From NCBI GenBank assembly GCA_000995065.1, contig LBWX01000001.1:31563-95562 (forward strand): a stretch of 64,000 bases of DNA. Direction: 5' to 3'. This document shows positions 29,748-37,665 of this stretch, piece by piece. The notes under the pieces are model-generated. The model was not told the origin of the DNA, searched no databases, and saw only the letters and a list, made by a program, of their open reading frames with translations. Origin of the DNA: a candidate division CPR2 bacterium GW2011_GWC2_39_35. GTDB lineage: Bacteria > Patescibacteriota > CPR2. Within the stretch, counting starts at the first letter, position 1. Each line of letters opens with the position of its first letter. A program made the translations under genes and the position numbers.

Positions 29748-29774
29748 TTGCAAGGATACCCGTTAAGAGTAACG
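29748..29774 (+). terminator. hairpin ACCCGTTA-AGAG-TAACGGGT followed by GTTTTTG after ftsZ
   Basis: inverted repeat plus T-run read directly. Confidence 0.5.
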
Positions 29775-29888
29775 GGTGTTTTTGTTTATATAGACGCCTT
29801 GTTGATATCTTTTGTAGGTGGATAAAGTGTTGTGGATTTTTACATTTTATCTTCTTAAAGCTAAAAAATCATGTGGAAAAGAAAAGCA

Positions 29889-29941
29889 TTGACACGCTAT
29901 ATATAGGGTTATAAGCTAACTTATAACACTATATATAGTAT
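29889..29941 (+). promoter_or_regulatory. two NrdR boxes (acgCTATATATAGgg and acaCTATATATAGtat) with cores 32 bp apart overlapping a TTGACA -35 element, upstream of nrdR
   Basis: palindromic CTATATATAG cores at 29897-29906 and 29929-29938; second copy is a near-perfect match to the NrdR-box consensus acacTATATATAGtgt; the region between is itself palindromic. Confidence 0.6.
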
Positions 29942-29953
29942 TAGGAGTTATCT

Positions 29954-30418
29954 ATGCAATGTCTTGATTGCAAACAAAATGATACAAAGGTTATGGAATC
30001 CCGCGAGCTTTACGACGGTGAGGTAATAAGGAGAAGAAGAGAGTGCTTGCATTGTAATTCTAGATTTACTACCTATGAGAGAGTAGAAACCCCAGTTCTT
30101 ATAATTGTAAAAAAAGATGGCAAGCATGAACAATTTATAAGGCAAAAAGTGGCCAATGGTATCTATAGGGCTTGCGAAAAACGAGAAATACCGCAGTTAC
30201 AGATTGAGCAAATTATTACTAAAATAGAAAAAAAATTAAGAGCTACTGGTGAATCAGAAATTTCCAGCAAAGAAATTGGAGAAATTGTGTTAGAAGAATT
30301 AGCAAATTTAGATGATGTAAGCTATATAAGATTTGCTTCTGTATACAAATCATTTACGGATATAGATAGCTTTCAAGATGTCTTAAATGAATTAAAGAAA
30401 GAAAAATCAAAAATATAA
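29954..30418 (+). CDS. nrdR: transcriptional repressor NrdR (zinc ribbon + ATP-cone)
   Basis: MQCLDCKQNDTKV...C..C zinc ribbon, ATP-cone (VIKKDGKHEQF). Confidence 0.9.
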   Translation: MQCLDCKQNDTKVMESRELYDGEVIRRRRECLHCNSRFTTYERVETPVLIIVKKDGKHEQFIRQKVANGIYRACEKREIPQLQIEQIITKIEKKLRATGESEISSKEIGEIVLEELANLDDVSYIRFASVYKSFTDIDSFQDVLNELKKEKSKI

Positions 30419-30428
30419 AGGGGGTAAA

Positions 30429-32261
30429 ATGCTTACAAGAGTTGCAAAGGAAAAACTGACAAAAGAGGCTGAAGAGTTATTGGAGAGCGCCTACTACCAT
30501 ACAGATTTTAGAGGAAGCGGTTTGGATAATTTTGATGGATTATGTAGGCGGGCGGCTAAAGAAGCTAGTAAAGCGGAATTTCGGGTGAGTTCCCGAATGC
30601 TTATTGAGGAAGAATTTTATAGTGCGATAGTCAATCTTAAATTTCTGCCAAGTTCCCGGATTTTAAAAAATATTGGATTGAACAATGATCTTCTCTCGGA
30701 TCGGATTGATTATCTAAAGAGCGATTTTGAAACGAACCACACCAATCCGGCTGAGCTTTTTAAGTCAAAGAATCTACTTTTTAAGCGAATTGACGATCCG
30801 GACATTGAAAATTTTTTAGATAAAGAACAGGATCTGGAGGTAATAACTGTTGTTAGCTTAACCGAAAATTTTATGAGCTCAGTAATTAAGGATGGTTATT
30901 ATGATTTACTCATGCACGGAAACGGACAACCGGTAAGGAAGTTAAGGGCGAGAGAAGTGTGGAGCAAGCTTATAGGGTTAATTATGCAGCGGGATGCAAT
31001 AAATATAGCTTTTGGCGATGAGGTGATGAGATCTAACAATATTTCCCCGTCAGAAAGCTTAAAAGAGTTAATGCAAATTTTTTATGAAGAAAGTTTAAGT
31101 GTCGGGTATATCAACCTAGCAAAATTCGTTCGAGATGAAGAAATTCTTTGGGATGACTTGCAAGATACCTTAAAGACCGGTGTTAGGTTTTTAAATAATG
31201 TTGTGGAACTTTTAAATGAGCCGTCTTGTAAGACAGTAAAAAGAAATCTTGGATTGGGAGTTACTGGCTTTGCAGATTTGCTCATTAAGCTTCGGATTCC
31301 GTATTCATCAAGTACAGCGGTTGATTTCGCTGAAAAACTCGCAAGGTTTTTATATGTTGAATCGAATAAAGCCATAGAGGAGGTTATGGCTGAAAAGCAG
31401 CACTCTAATGATGGCGACAATAGTCTCTTTATAAATAATAATAGTTATCTTGCGATTCTTCCTTCAAAGGAAATAGCAGTCATTACAAATACCGAGAAAG
31501 GCATTGATGCAATAAATAGCTTGGTAAACGAAAATGGCCAGATCAACTCTCTTTTTTATGAAATTGCAACGAGGGAAGGTTTTTACAATGAAGATTTGGA
31601 AAGCGCTCTTAAAGAAGATAATAAGGTTACATATAATAAACTATTTCCTCTAAAATGGCAGGATATCTTTGCTTTATCCAGCGAAATAGCTCCCGAAAAG
31701 CAAATTAAGATTCAAGCCGCTTTTCAGAAATATGTTGATAACATCGTCTTTAAAAACGTTAATATTTCCAAAGAAACAACTCAAAATGAATATGAAGACA
31801 TGGTATTAATGGCTTACAGGATGGGGCTTAAAATGTTGAGCATAACTAAAGAAGCAGAAGACGAAAAATACAACCCAATAACCGACAAAGAAGAGAATTT
31901 TCGTGAGACGGAAAGGATGCTTAAAAAATCTGATGAATTAGTTGTGTATGAGAGTAAGACTGTTAAGGTTAAGGTCCCCTGTGGAGAGCTCCTGGTTACC
32001 ATAAACACAAATGAGGTTAAAGAAAACCAGGGCATATTTGTTAATTTTGAAGGAAATAATAAGTGCGCTATACCGCAATTGCAGCTAGTAGCGAAGCTAA
32101 GTTTATCTCAAATCAATAATTCAGATAATAATGCTGAGGTTTTAGGAGAGTTAAGTAGGGTTACTTGTAAAGGACACAGTGATGATAATGAAGGTGTATT
32201 AATTGCCAAATCGTGTAGCGAAGCCATCGCGAAAGCTCTAAAGGTAGTAAAATCAGAATAA
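30429..32261 (+). CDS. ribonucleotide reductase large-subunit (class I/II NrdJ/NrdA-like) homolog lacking all catalytic cysteines: predicted pseudoenzyme with ~140-aa Cys-containing C-terminal tail
   Basis: RNR-alpha motif series in canonical order: FLPSSRILKNIG (cf FLPNSPTLMNAG), ENFMSSV, AREVWSKLIGLIMQRDAINIAFGDE, NLGLGVTGFADLLIKLRIPYSS (cf NRxxGLGxMGFADxL), NSYLAILPSKEI (cf NSxLxAIAPTGS), IQAAFQKYVD, MAYRMGLKMLSI. Positions expected for the C225/C439-E441/C462 equivalents read D (DLLSD), S..S (NNISPSE) and S/G (ESLSVGYINL); no Cys within 20 aa of any. Confidence 0.6.
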   Translation: MLTRVAKEKLTKEAEELLESAYYHTDFRGSGLDNFDGLCRRAAKEASKAEFRVSSRMLIEEEFYSAIVNLKFLPSSRILKNIGLNNDLLSDRIDYLKSDFETNHTNPAELFKSKNLLFKRIDDPDIENFLDKEQDLEVITVVSLTENFMSSVIKDGYYDLLMHGNGQPVRKLRAREVWSKLIGLIMQRDAINIAFGDEVMRSNNISPSESLKELMQIFYEESLSVGYINLAKFVRDEEILWDDLQDTLKTGVRFLNNVVELLNEPSCKTVKRNLGLGVTGFADLLIKLRIPYSSSTAVDFAEKLARFLYVESNKAIEEVMAEKQHSNDGDNSLFINNNSYLAILPSKEIAVITNTEKGIDAINSLVNENGQINSLFYEIATREGFYNEDLESALKEDNKVTYNKLFPLKWQDIFALSSEIAPEKQIKIQAAFQKYVDNIVFKNVNISKETTQNEYEDMVLMAYRMGLKMLSITKEAEDEKYNPITDKEENFRETERMLKKSDELVVYESKTVKVKVPCGELLVTINTNEVKENQGIFVNFEGNNKCAIPQLQLVAKLSLSQINNSDNNAEVLGELSRVTCKGHSDDNEGVLIAKSCSEAIAKALKVVKSE

Positions 32262-32289
32262 ATCCAAGTGAAATAAAAAGGAGGAAAAA

Positions 32290-34434
32290 TTGAAAGAAAA
32301 TGCCGACATGGAGCAAGCTCAGCTTAATCTAGGAAAGAAAGTTCTAGAAAAAAAGCCTTTTACCCACATCATAAAGCGTAATGGAGATTTGGTTAGGTTT
32401 GAGAACGTAAAGATTACCAATGCAATTCTAAAGGCGGGAGCGGCCACAGGAGAGCTTAATGAAAAGCTTGCTAAGAAATTATCCGATAAAGCGGTAAATC
32501 TCTTAATAAGAAAGTTTGAGAATAACCCACCTACGGTTGAGCAAATTCAGGATGTAGTGGAACACATTTTAATTGATTCGATATTTGAGGAGACAGCAAA
32601 GGCCTATATCCACTATCGAAGAAAAAGGGCAGAGGCCAGAGAGGTTACAAAACTGCTTGACCCTCAAGCAATAATGGAAGGCTATCTTAATGAAACCGAT
32701 TGGCGAGTTAAAGAAAATAGTAATATGAGCTACTCGTTACAGGGTCTAAATAACTATATCAGTACAGCTGTGACCACTAAATATTGGCTCGAGAAAATGT
32801 ATCCTGAAAACATCAAGAAGGCTCATATCGACGGCGATTATCATATTCACGACCTATACATATTAGCGGCTTATTGTTCCGGTTGGGACTTAAAGGATCT
32901 GCTGCTAAGCGGTTTTGGGGGAGTGAGAGGCAAAATAGAGAGCGGGCCTGCTAAGCATCTTCGCGTTGCCTTAGGGCAGATTGTCAATTTCTTTTACACT
33001 CTTCAGGGGGAAGTTGCCGGCGCTGTTGCTTTTTCCAATTTTGATACTTACTTAGCACCTTTTGTCCGCTATGACAAGCTTGCTTATAAGGACGTTAAGC
33101 AATGCCTTCAGGAATTTGTTTTTAATATTAATGTTCCGACGAGAGTTGGTTTTCAAACTCCTTTTACTAATATCACTATGGACGTAAAGCCATCGAAGCT
33201 GATCGGTGAAGAGAATGTTATAATTGGCGGCAAGCCCCAAAAGGAAAAGTATAAAGAATTTCAGAAGGAAATGGATCTTATAAACAAAGCTTTTGCCGAA
33301 GTAATGATGGAAGGGGATGCAAAGGGTAGAGTCTTCACGTTTCCAATTCCGACTTACAATATCACAAAGGATTTTAACTGGGACAATCCGGTCTTAGATC
33401 CCGTCTGGGAGATGTCTGCTAAATACGGCATCCCTTATTTTTCGAACTTTATCAATTCTGATATGGATCCGGATGATGCTCGTTCTATGTGCTGTCGCCT
33501 TCGAATTGATAATACCGAGCTTCGAAAAAGAGGCGGCGGCTTATTCGGCGCTAATCCTCTGACGGGCAGTGTCGGAGTAGTCACAATTAATCTGGCCAGG
33601 GTCGGTTACTTATCTGAGAACAAGAAGGAATTTTTAGAAAGAGTCGGGACTCTGGCCGATCTAGCACATGAAAGTCTGATAATTAAAAGAAAAGCGGTCG
33701 AAAAGTTTACGTTAGAAGGTTTATATCCTTATGCGAAAGTTTATCTTGATAGTGTGTATAAAAGATATGGCAAGTATTGGCAAAATCATTTTTCGACCAT
33801 TGGAGTACTTGGTATGAACGAAGCCATGTTAAACTTTAGAGGAAAAGGCTTAGGCGATGAGGAATCTCGAAGCTTTGCATTAGAAGTAATGGATTTCTTA
33901 AATGACAAGATGCTTAGATATCAGAAAGAGACGGGAAATCTATATAATTTAGAGGCTACTCCCGGAGAAGGAACCACTTATCGGTTTGCAAGACTTGATA
34001 AGAAAAAATATGCTGATATTATGGTGGCTAACGAAGACGCATTTAGGGAAGGTGCTGAGCCATATTACACTAATTCTTCTTGGCATCCTGTTAATTTTAC
34101 AAACGATATCTTTGAGCTATTGGATAAGCAGGATGACTTTCAGACTAAATATACCGGCGGCACGGTGCTTCATAACTACATCGGCGAAAGAATTAATAAT
34201 GTTAATTCTTTTAAAAAGCTAGTAAAAACTATTGCTGAAAATTATAAATTGCCTTACTTTACTATTACTCCTACATTTAGCGTTTGCCCAAAACATGGAT
34301 ATTTAGCCGGGGAACATCACTTCTGCCCGATCTGCGATGAAGAAATTGGTTATAGAGAGCAGTTAACTCTAGAAATTCCAACGGAAAGTAAGACCCAATC
34401 AAAACTTAATGTTAAACAAAAAATAAAAGCCTAA
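32290..34434 (+). CDS. nrdD: anaerobic (class III) ribonucleoside-triphosphate reductase NrdD, large part (ATP-cone, barrel, thiyl-Cys loop, Zn ribbon), ending at an in-frame TAA before the glycyl-radical loop
   Basis: ATP-cone (IIKRNGDLVRFENVKI..AKAYIHYRRKRAEARE), HIHDLY..YCSGWD, thiyl-Cys loop SMCCRLRI, C-terminal Zn ribbon CPKHGY..CPICD; collinear with E. coli NrdD as recalled. Confidence 0.8.
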   Translation: MKENADMEQAQLNLGKKVLEKKPFTHIIKRNGDLVRFENVKITNAILKAGAATGELNEKLAKKLSDKAVNLLIRKFENNPPTVEQIQDVVEHILIDSIFEETAKAYIHYRRKRAEAREVTKLLDPQAIMEGYLNETDWRVKENSNMSYSLQGLNNYISTAVTTKYWLEKMYPENIKKAHIDGDYHIHDLYILAAYCSGWDLKDLLLSGFGGVRGKIESGPAKHLRVALGQIVNFFYTLQGEVAGAVAFSNFDTYLAPFVRYDKLAYKDVKQCLQEFVFNINVPTRVGFQTPFTNITMDVKPSKLIGEENVIIGGKPQKEKYKEFQKEMDLINKAFAEVMMEGDAKGRVFTFPIPTYNITKDFNWDNPVLDPVWEMSAKYGIPYFSNFINSDMDPDDARSMCCRLRIDNTELRKRGGGLFGANPLTGSVGVVTINLARVGYLSENKKEFLERVGTLADLAHESLIIKRKAVEKFTLEGLYPYAKVYLDSVYKRYGKYWQNHFSTIGVLGMNEAMLNFRGKGLGDEESRSFALEVMDFLNDKMLRYQKETGNLYNLEATPGEGTTYRFARLDKKKYADIMVANEDAFREGAEPYYTNSSWHPVNFTNDIFELLDKQDDFQTKYTGGTVLHNYIGERINNVNSFKKLVKTIAENYKLPYFTITPTFSVCPKHGYLAGEHHFCPICDEEIGYREQLTLEIPTESKTQSKLNVKQKIKA

Positions 34435-34449
34435 CGAAGGGAGGGAAAG

Positions 34450-34620
34450 ATGAAACCCATAGAAGAAATAGAAAATTTAGAAGACAAGAGACAACCTTGC
34501 GAAGTATTCTCGCGAGTGGTTGGGTATATTCGGCCGGTTCATCAGTGGAATAAAGGAAAACAATCGGAATTTAAGGACAGAAAGTTACTCAATATGGAAT
34601 TAGATATAGAAGAAGTTTAA
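34450..34620 (+). CDS. 56-aa NrdD glycyl-radical peptide (separately initiated C-terminal fragment of NrdD)
   Basis: GGAGGGAAAG SD then ATG; CEVFSRVVGYIRPVHQWNKGKQSEFKDRK matches the NrdD glycyl radical signature (RVCGYLG..NxGKxxEVxxR); same reading frame as 32290..34434, separated by a single TAA (34432-34434). Confidence 0.6.
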   Translation: MKPIEEIENLEDKRQPCEVFSRVVGYIRPVHQWNKGKQSEFKDRKLLNMELDIEEV

Positions 34621-34657
34621 GGGTTATCAGCATAAAGGCTATGGACGAAGGCAACTC

Positions 34658-35359
34658 ATGATTATCAGCGGTTTAGAAAAAACGACGCTTATTGACTATC
34701 CGGGCAAAATTGCCGCAACTATTTTTACATACGGGTGTAATTTTAGGTGCGGTTTTTGTCATAATCCAGACCTAGTGATCGGAAAAAAAGAAGATAGACC
34801 AATTATTACCGAGGAAGAAATATTAACTTTCCTTAAAAAACGAAAGGGTATCTTGGAGGGTGTTTGCATTACGGGCGGAGAACCGACTATCCATAAAGAT
34901 TTGCCGACATTTATTAACAAAATAAAGAAAATAGGGTTGAATGTAAAACTTGACTCTAACGGCACAAATCCCGAAATGCTAAAAGAATTAATCGAAAATA
35001 ACCTGATTGATTATATTGCCATGGACATTAAAAATTCTCTTAGCGAGTATAATCTCACGACAAACACAAGCGTTGATACCGGAAAAATTAAAGAGAGTAT
35101 CAAGATTATCCTCAGTAGCGGTCTTCACTACGAATTTAGAACAACGCTACTTCCAAGGCTGCATAATAAGACCGCTTTGGATGAAATAGGGCGTTTATTA
35201 AAGGGCGCTAAGAAATATACATTACAGGGCTTTCGTCCGGGCATAACTATTTCTAAAAGTTTTGAGACGGAGAAAATCTTTAGCAAGGAAGATCTTATTG
35301 AATTAAAGATGGTTCTTAAGAAATATGTTAAGGATATCGAAGTAATTGATAATTTGTGA
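34658..35359 (+). CDS. nrdG: anaerobic ribonucleotide reductase activating protein NrdG (radical SAM)
   Basis: CNFRCGFCHNP radical-SAM/NrdG cluster motif near N-terminus; 233 aa; immediately downstream of nrdD. Confidence 0.85.
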   Translation: MIISGLEKTTLIDYPGKIAATIFTYGCNFRCGFCHNPDLVIGKKEDRPIITEEEILTFLKKRKGILEGVCITGGEPTIHKDLPTFINKIKKIGLNVKLDSNGTNPEMLKELIENNLIDYIAMDIKNSLSEYNLTTNTSVDTGKIKESIKIILSSGLHYEFRTTLLPRLHNKTALDEIGRLLKGAKKYTLQGFRPGITISKSFETEKIFSKEDLIELKMVLKKYVKDIEVIDNL

Positions 35360-35642
35360 TATACTTAGACCAACACTCATGAAGGTATTAATATTTTCAA
35401 AAGACAATAGTTCGTATTTCGAGGAAAGAGCGTTAGATGATTTCGAATCTAACCTGAAATCCGATCATTTTGAAGTAGAGAAATTGGATACGGAAAATGT
35501 CGACGGAAATTTAAGAGCGCTTCTGTATGATATTATGACTACGCCTTCGGTTGTTGTAACGACAAGTGATGGACAATATATTCGCGCTTGGAGTGGCGAA
35601 TTGCCGCCTCTTGCTGAAATTAAGTATTATTTAACGGTGTAA
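35346..35642 (+). CDS. thioredoxin/glutaredoxin-fold small protein lacking the CxxC active site (SSYF in its place)
   Basis: fold pattern KVLIFS-KDNSSYFEE-helix-FEVEKLD-...TTPSVVV (cis-Pro position)...DGQYIRAWSG..; core probably starts at Met 35379; overlaps nrdG stop. Confidence 0.45.
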   Translation: MIICDILRPTLMKVLIFSKDNSSYFEERALDDFESNLKSDHFEVEKLDTENVDGNLRALLYDIMTTPSVVVTTSDGQYIRAWSGELPPLAEIKYYLTV

Positions 35643-35645
35643 TAT

Positions 35646-35903
35646 ATGAAATTTTTATTAAGCGACATCATTGATCTAATAGCAAATGCTCTAACTCTCC
35701 TCTTATTTGCAAGAGCTATTATTTCCTGGATCCCAAATGCCCACAATAAATTTAGCGACTTTATTGTAAAAGCCACCGACCCCTTCTTAAATCCCATCAG
35801 AAGCGTGGTTCCTGTTGTTGGCGGTGTCGATTTTTCACCGCTTGTCCTGTTTTTTGTCATACAGGTCTTAAGGAATCTACTGTTTAGATTTGCCGGAGTT
35901 TAA
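35646..35903 (+). CDS. yggT: YggT-family membrane protein
   Basis: LLLFARAIISWIP... YggT signature, 85 aa, two TM helices. Confidence 0.7.
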   Translation: MKFLLSDIIDLIANALTLLLFARAIISWIPNAHNKFSDFIVKATDPFLNPIRSVVPVVGGVDFSPLVLFFVIQVLRNLLFRFAGV

Positions 35904-36133
35904 TGAAAATCACGGTTAAGGTGACTCCTAATGCCAGAGATAATCTTGTTATACCAATCGAAGATGATTTTAGGGTGAGAGTAACAGCGCCGGCCGGCAA
36001 GGGGCAAGCAAATGCAAAAGTTATAGAACTGATTTCGGAGTATTTTAAGGTACCAAAATCGAAAGTAGAAATAATTAGCGGCTGGAATTTTAGAGAGAAA
36101 ATTGTTAAGATTGAGACAGATGAAGACAAATAG
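35903..36133 (+). CDS. DUF167 (YggU/UPF0235) family protein
   Basis: VKVTPNARDN...V.APAGKGQANAKVIELISEYF family-typical sequence; conserved yggT-yggU adjacency. Confidence 0.75.
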   Translation: MKITVKVTPNARDNLVIPIEDDFRVRVTAPAGKGQANAKVIELISEYFKVPKSKVEIISGWNFREKIVKIETDEDK

Positions 36134-37127
36134 ACCTCTTGGATTAAGAAGCGTATTAACGGCAGTAATAGGCAACGGTTTAGTGGCCATTTTTAAGTTT
36201 GCTGGGTTTTATGTGTCCGGATCGGCCGTGATGCTGTCCGAGGGAATTCATTCAATAGCAGATACAGCAAACCAAGCACTCCTTCTTATTGGGATTATAA
36301 GATCAGAGCGACCAGCGGATGATAAATTTAACTACGGCTATTTTCAAGAACGTTTTTTCTGGGCTCTTATTAGTGCCTGCGGCATATTTTTTCTTGGTGC
36401 CGGCTTTACAATCTATCACGGTATTAGTTCGATTAGTCATCACGAGGTGGCTCATATTGGAAACACTCTTTACTATGTGCTTTTCCTGTCATTTATTTTC
36501 GAAGGATATGCTCTAAGAACTGCGATAAAGGAAGCTAAACATAATGCAAAAGGCGCTAAAATCTTTAATTATATGAGGAGGTCTGGCGATCCCACTATTA
36601 TGGCTGTTATATTTGAGGATTCAGCTGCTTTAGTTGGTATATCAATTGCATTTATATCTATTATTTTAACCAAGCTTACAGGAATTAATTACTGGGATGG
36701 TATCGGATCGATTATGATAGGAATCCTTTTGGGAGTAATTGCTATTGCCCTAATTAAAAATAATCGTGAGTTTCTTCTTAATAGATCGGTTCCCAAGCAT
36801 GTTCATAAAAAAATCTTACATTTTTTAGAGAGGCAAAAATTAGTTGATGAAATACATGACTTTAAAACCGTAATGATATCTTCGGACGGATGTCGGGTAA
36901 AAGCGGAGATCGAGATAAATGGCCATGTCCTTGCTGATAAGATTTTCGAAAGCCGAGATTTTAAGAAGGAATATGAACATATTAAAAGTTACGAGAGCTT
37001 TGTCAAATTTTGTGCTGATTTTAGTGACGAAGTTACAAGGACACTGGGCAAGGAAATTGATACGCTGGAAAAGGCTATAGCAGAGGAAATTCCGACTGTT
37101 AAACATATCGATATCGAAACCAACTAG
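36102..37127 (+). CDS. cation diffusion facilitator (CDF) family metal efflux transporter
   Basis: six TM helices, HSIADTANQ (TM2 signature), DDKFNYGYFQER, C-terminal cytoplasmic domain. Confidence 0.8.
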   Translation: MLRLRQMKTNRPLGLRSVLTAVIGNGLVAIFKFAGFYVSGSAVMLSEGIHSIADTANQALLLIGIIRSERPADDKFNYGYFQERFFWALISACGIFFLGAGFTIYHGISSISHHEVAHIGNTLYYVLFLSFIFEGYALRTAIKEAKHNAKGAKIFNYMRRSGDPTIMAVIFEDSAALVGISIAFISIILTKLTGINYWDGIGSIMIGILLGVIAIALIKNNREFLLNRSVPKHVHKKILHFLERQKLVDEIHDFKTVMISSDGCRVKAEIEINGHVLADKIFESRDFKKEYEHIKSYESFVKFCADFSDEVTRTLGKEIDTLEKAIAEEIPTVKHIDIETN

Positions 37128-37135
37128 AAACCTTA

Positions 37136-37319
37136 GAGCCTGTTTAAAATCTCAACGCAAGAGATAAATATAAAATATTGCTTGCCGTTTAAAAACTCAT
37201 AATTTCGGCTGCAAAACGTTCAAAGCTCGTCATAATACATCAAGTATTCTTTCTCGCTTTTCACGCTTTTCGCTCGAAATTATGAGTTTTTAAATCGACA
37301 TGAGATTTTAAACAGGTTC
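37136..37319. repeat. ~185-bp nested inverted-repeat element (outer arms 37136-37154/37301-37319, inner arms 37187-37207/37275-37294, ~67-nt core) between CDF gene and atp promoter
   Basis: outer arms GAGCCTGTTTAAAATCTCA vs TGAGATTTTAAACAGGTT (17/18), inner arms GTTTAAAAACTCATAATTTCG vs CGAAATTATGAGTTTTTAAA (20/21), read directly. Confidence 0.6.
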
Positions 37320-37352
37320 TTAAAAAAGCAACCGAAAAAATAAACAAAGTGG

Positions 37353-37381
37353 TTGATTTTTAAGTTAAGTGTAGGTATACT
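37353..37381 (+). promoter_or_regulatory. sigma70-like promoter TTGATT-17-TATACT for the atp operon
   Basis: hexamers and 17-nt spacer read directly; ~60 nt upstream of atpZ. Confidence 0.5.
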
Positions 37382-37440
37382 ACTTACGGTTAAAGGCAGA
37401 TATACCACCTTGCCAAGATGGTATTTTTAAATTCTAAAAG

Positions 37441-37656
37441 ATGAAAAAAGAAAAGAGCAATAATTTAATAGTTGCTTTCCAGCTATTTGAAATCGGATAT
37501 AGAATTAGCATTCCTTTAGTTGTTCTAATACTGGTTGGTAATGTTATGGATAAAAGATTTGGCACAAAGCCACTTTTTATCCTCTTGGGAATTTTTGTTT
37601 CCTTATTTACTTCTAGTTATGCCATTTATAAATCAATTAAAAAGATTACGAAATAG
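37441..37656 (+). CDS. AtpZ/AtpI-like small membrane protein (ATP synthase operon gene 1)
   Basis: 71 aa, two TM helices, first gene of atp operon. Confidence 0.5.
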   Translation: MKKEKSNNLIVAFQLFEIGYRISIPLVVLILVGNVMDKRFGTKPLFILLGIFVSLFTSSYAIYKSIKKITK

Positions 37657-37665
37657 GAGAGGTAG

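Noticed and set aside
34080-34110. ARVGY in the large NrdD ORF (encoded ~34080-34110) as the glycyl-radical site
   Set aside because: Collinear comparison with E. coli NrdD puts this segment opposite the NLPRIALEA region well before the Zn ribbon. The true RVVGY glycyl motif is in the downstream 56-aa ORF.
34432-34434. In-frame TAA in nrdD as evidence of an alternative genetic code
   Set aside because: TAA, TAG (e.g. recJ) and TGA (e.g. rbfA) all terminate well-delimited conserved genes in this window, so a code reassignment is unlikely. Split gene, readthrough or error remain the explanations.
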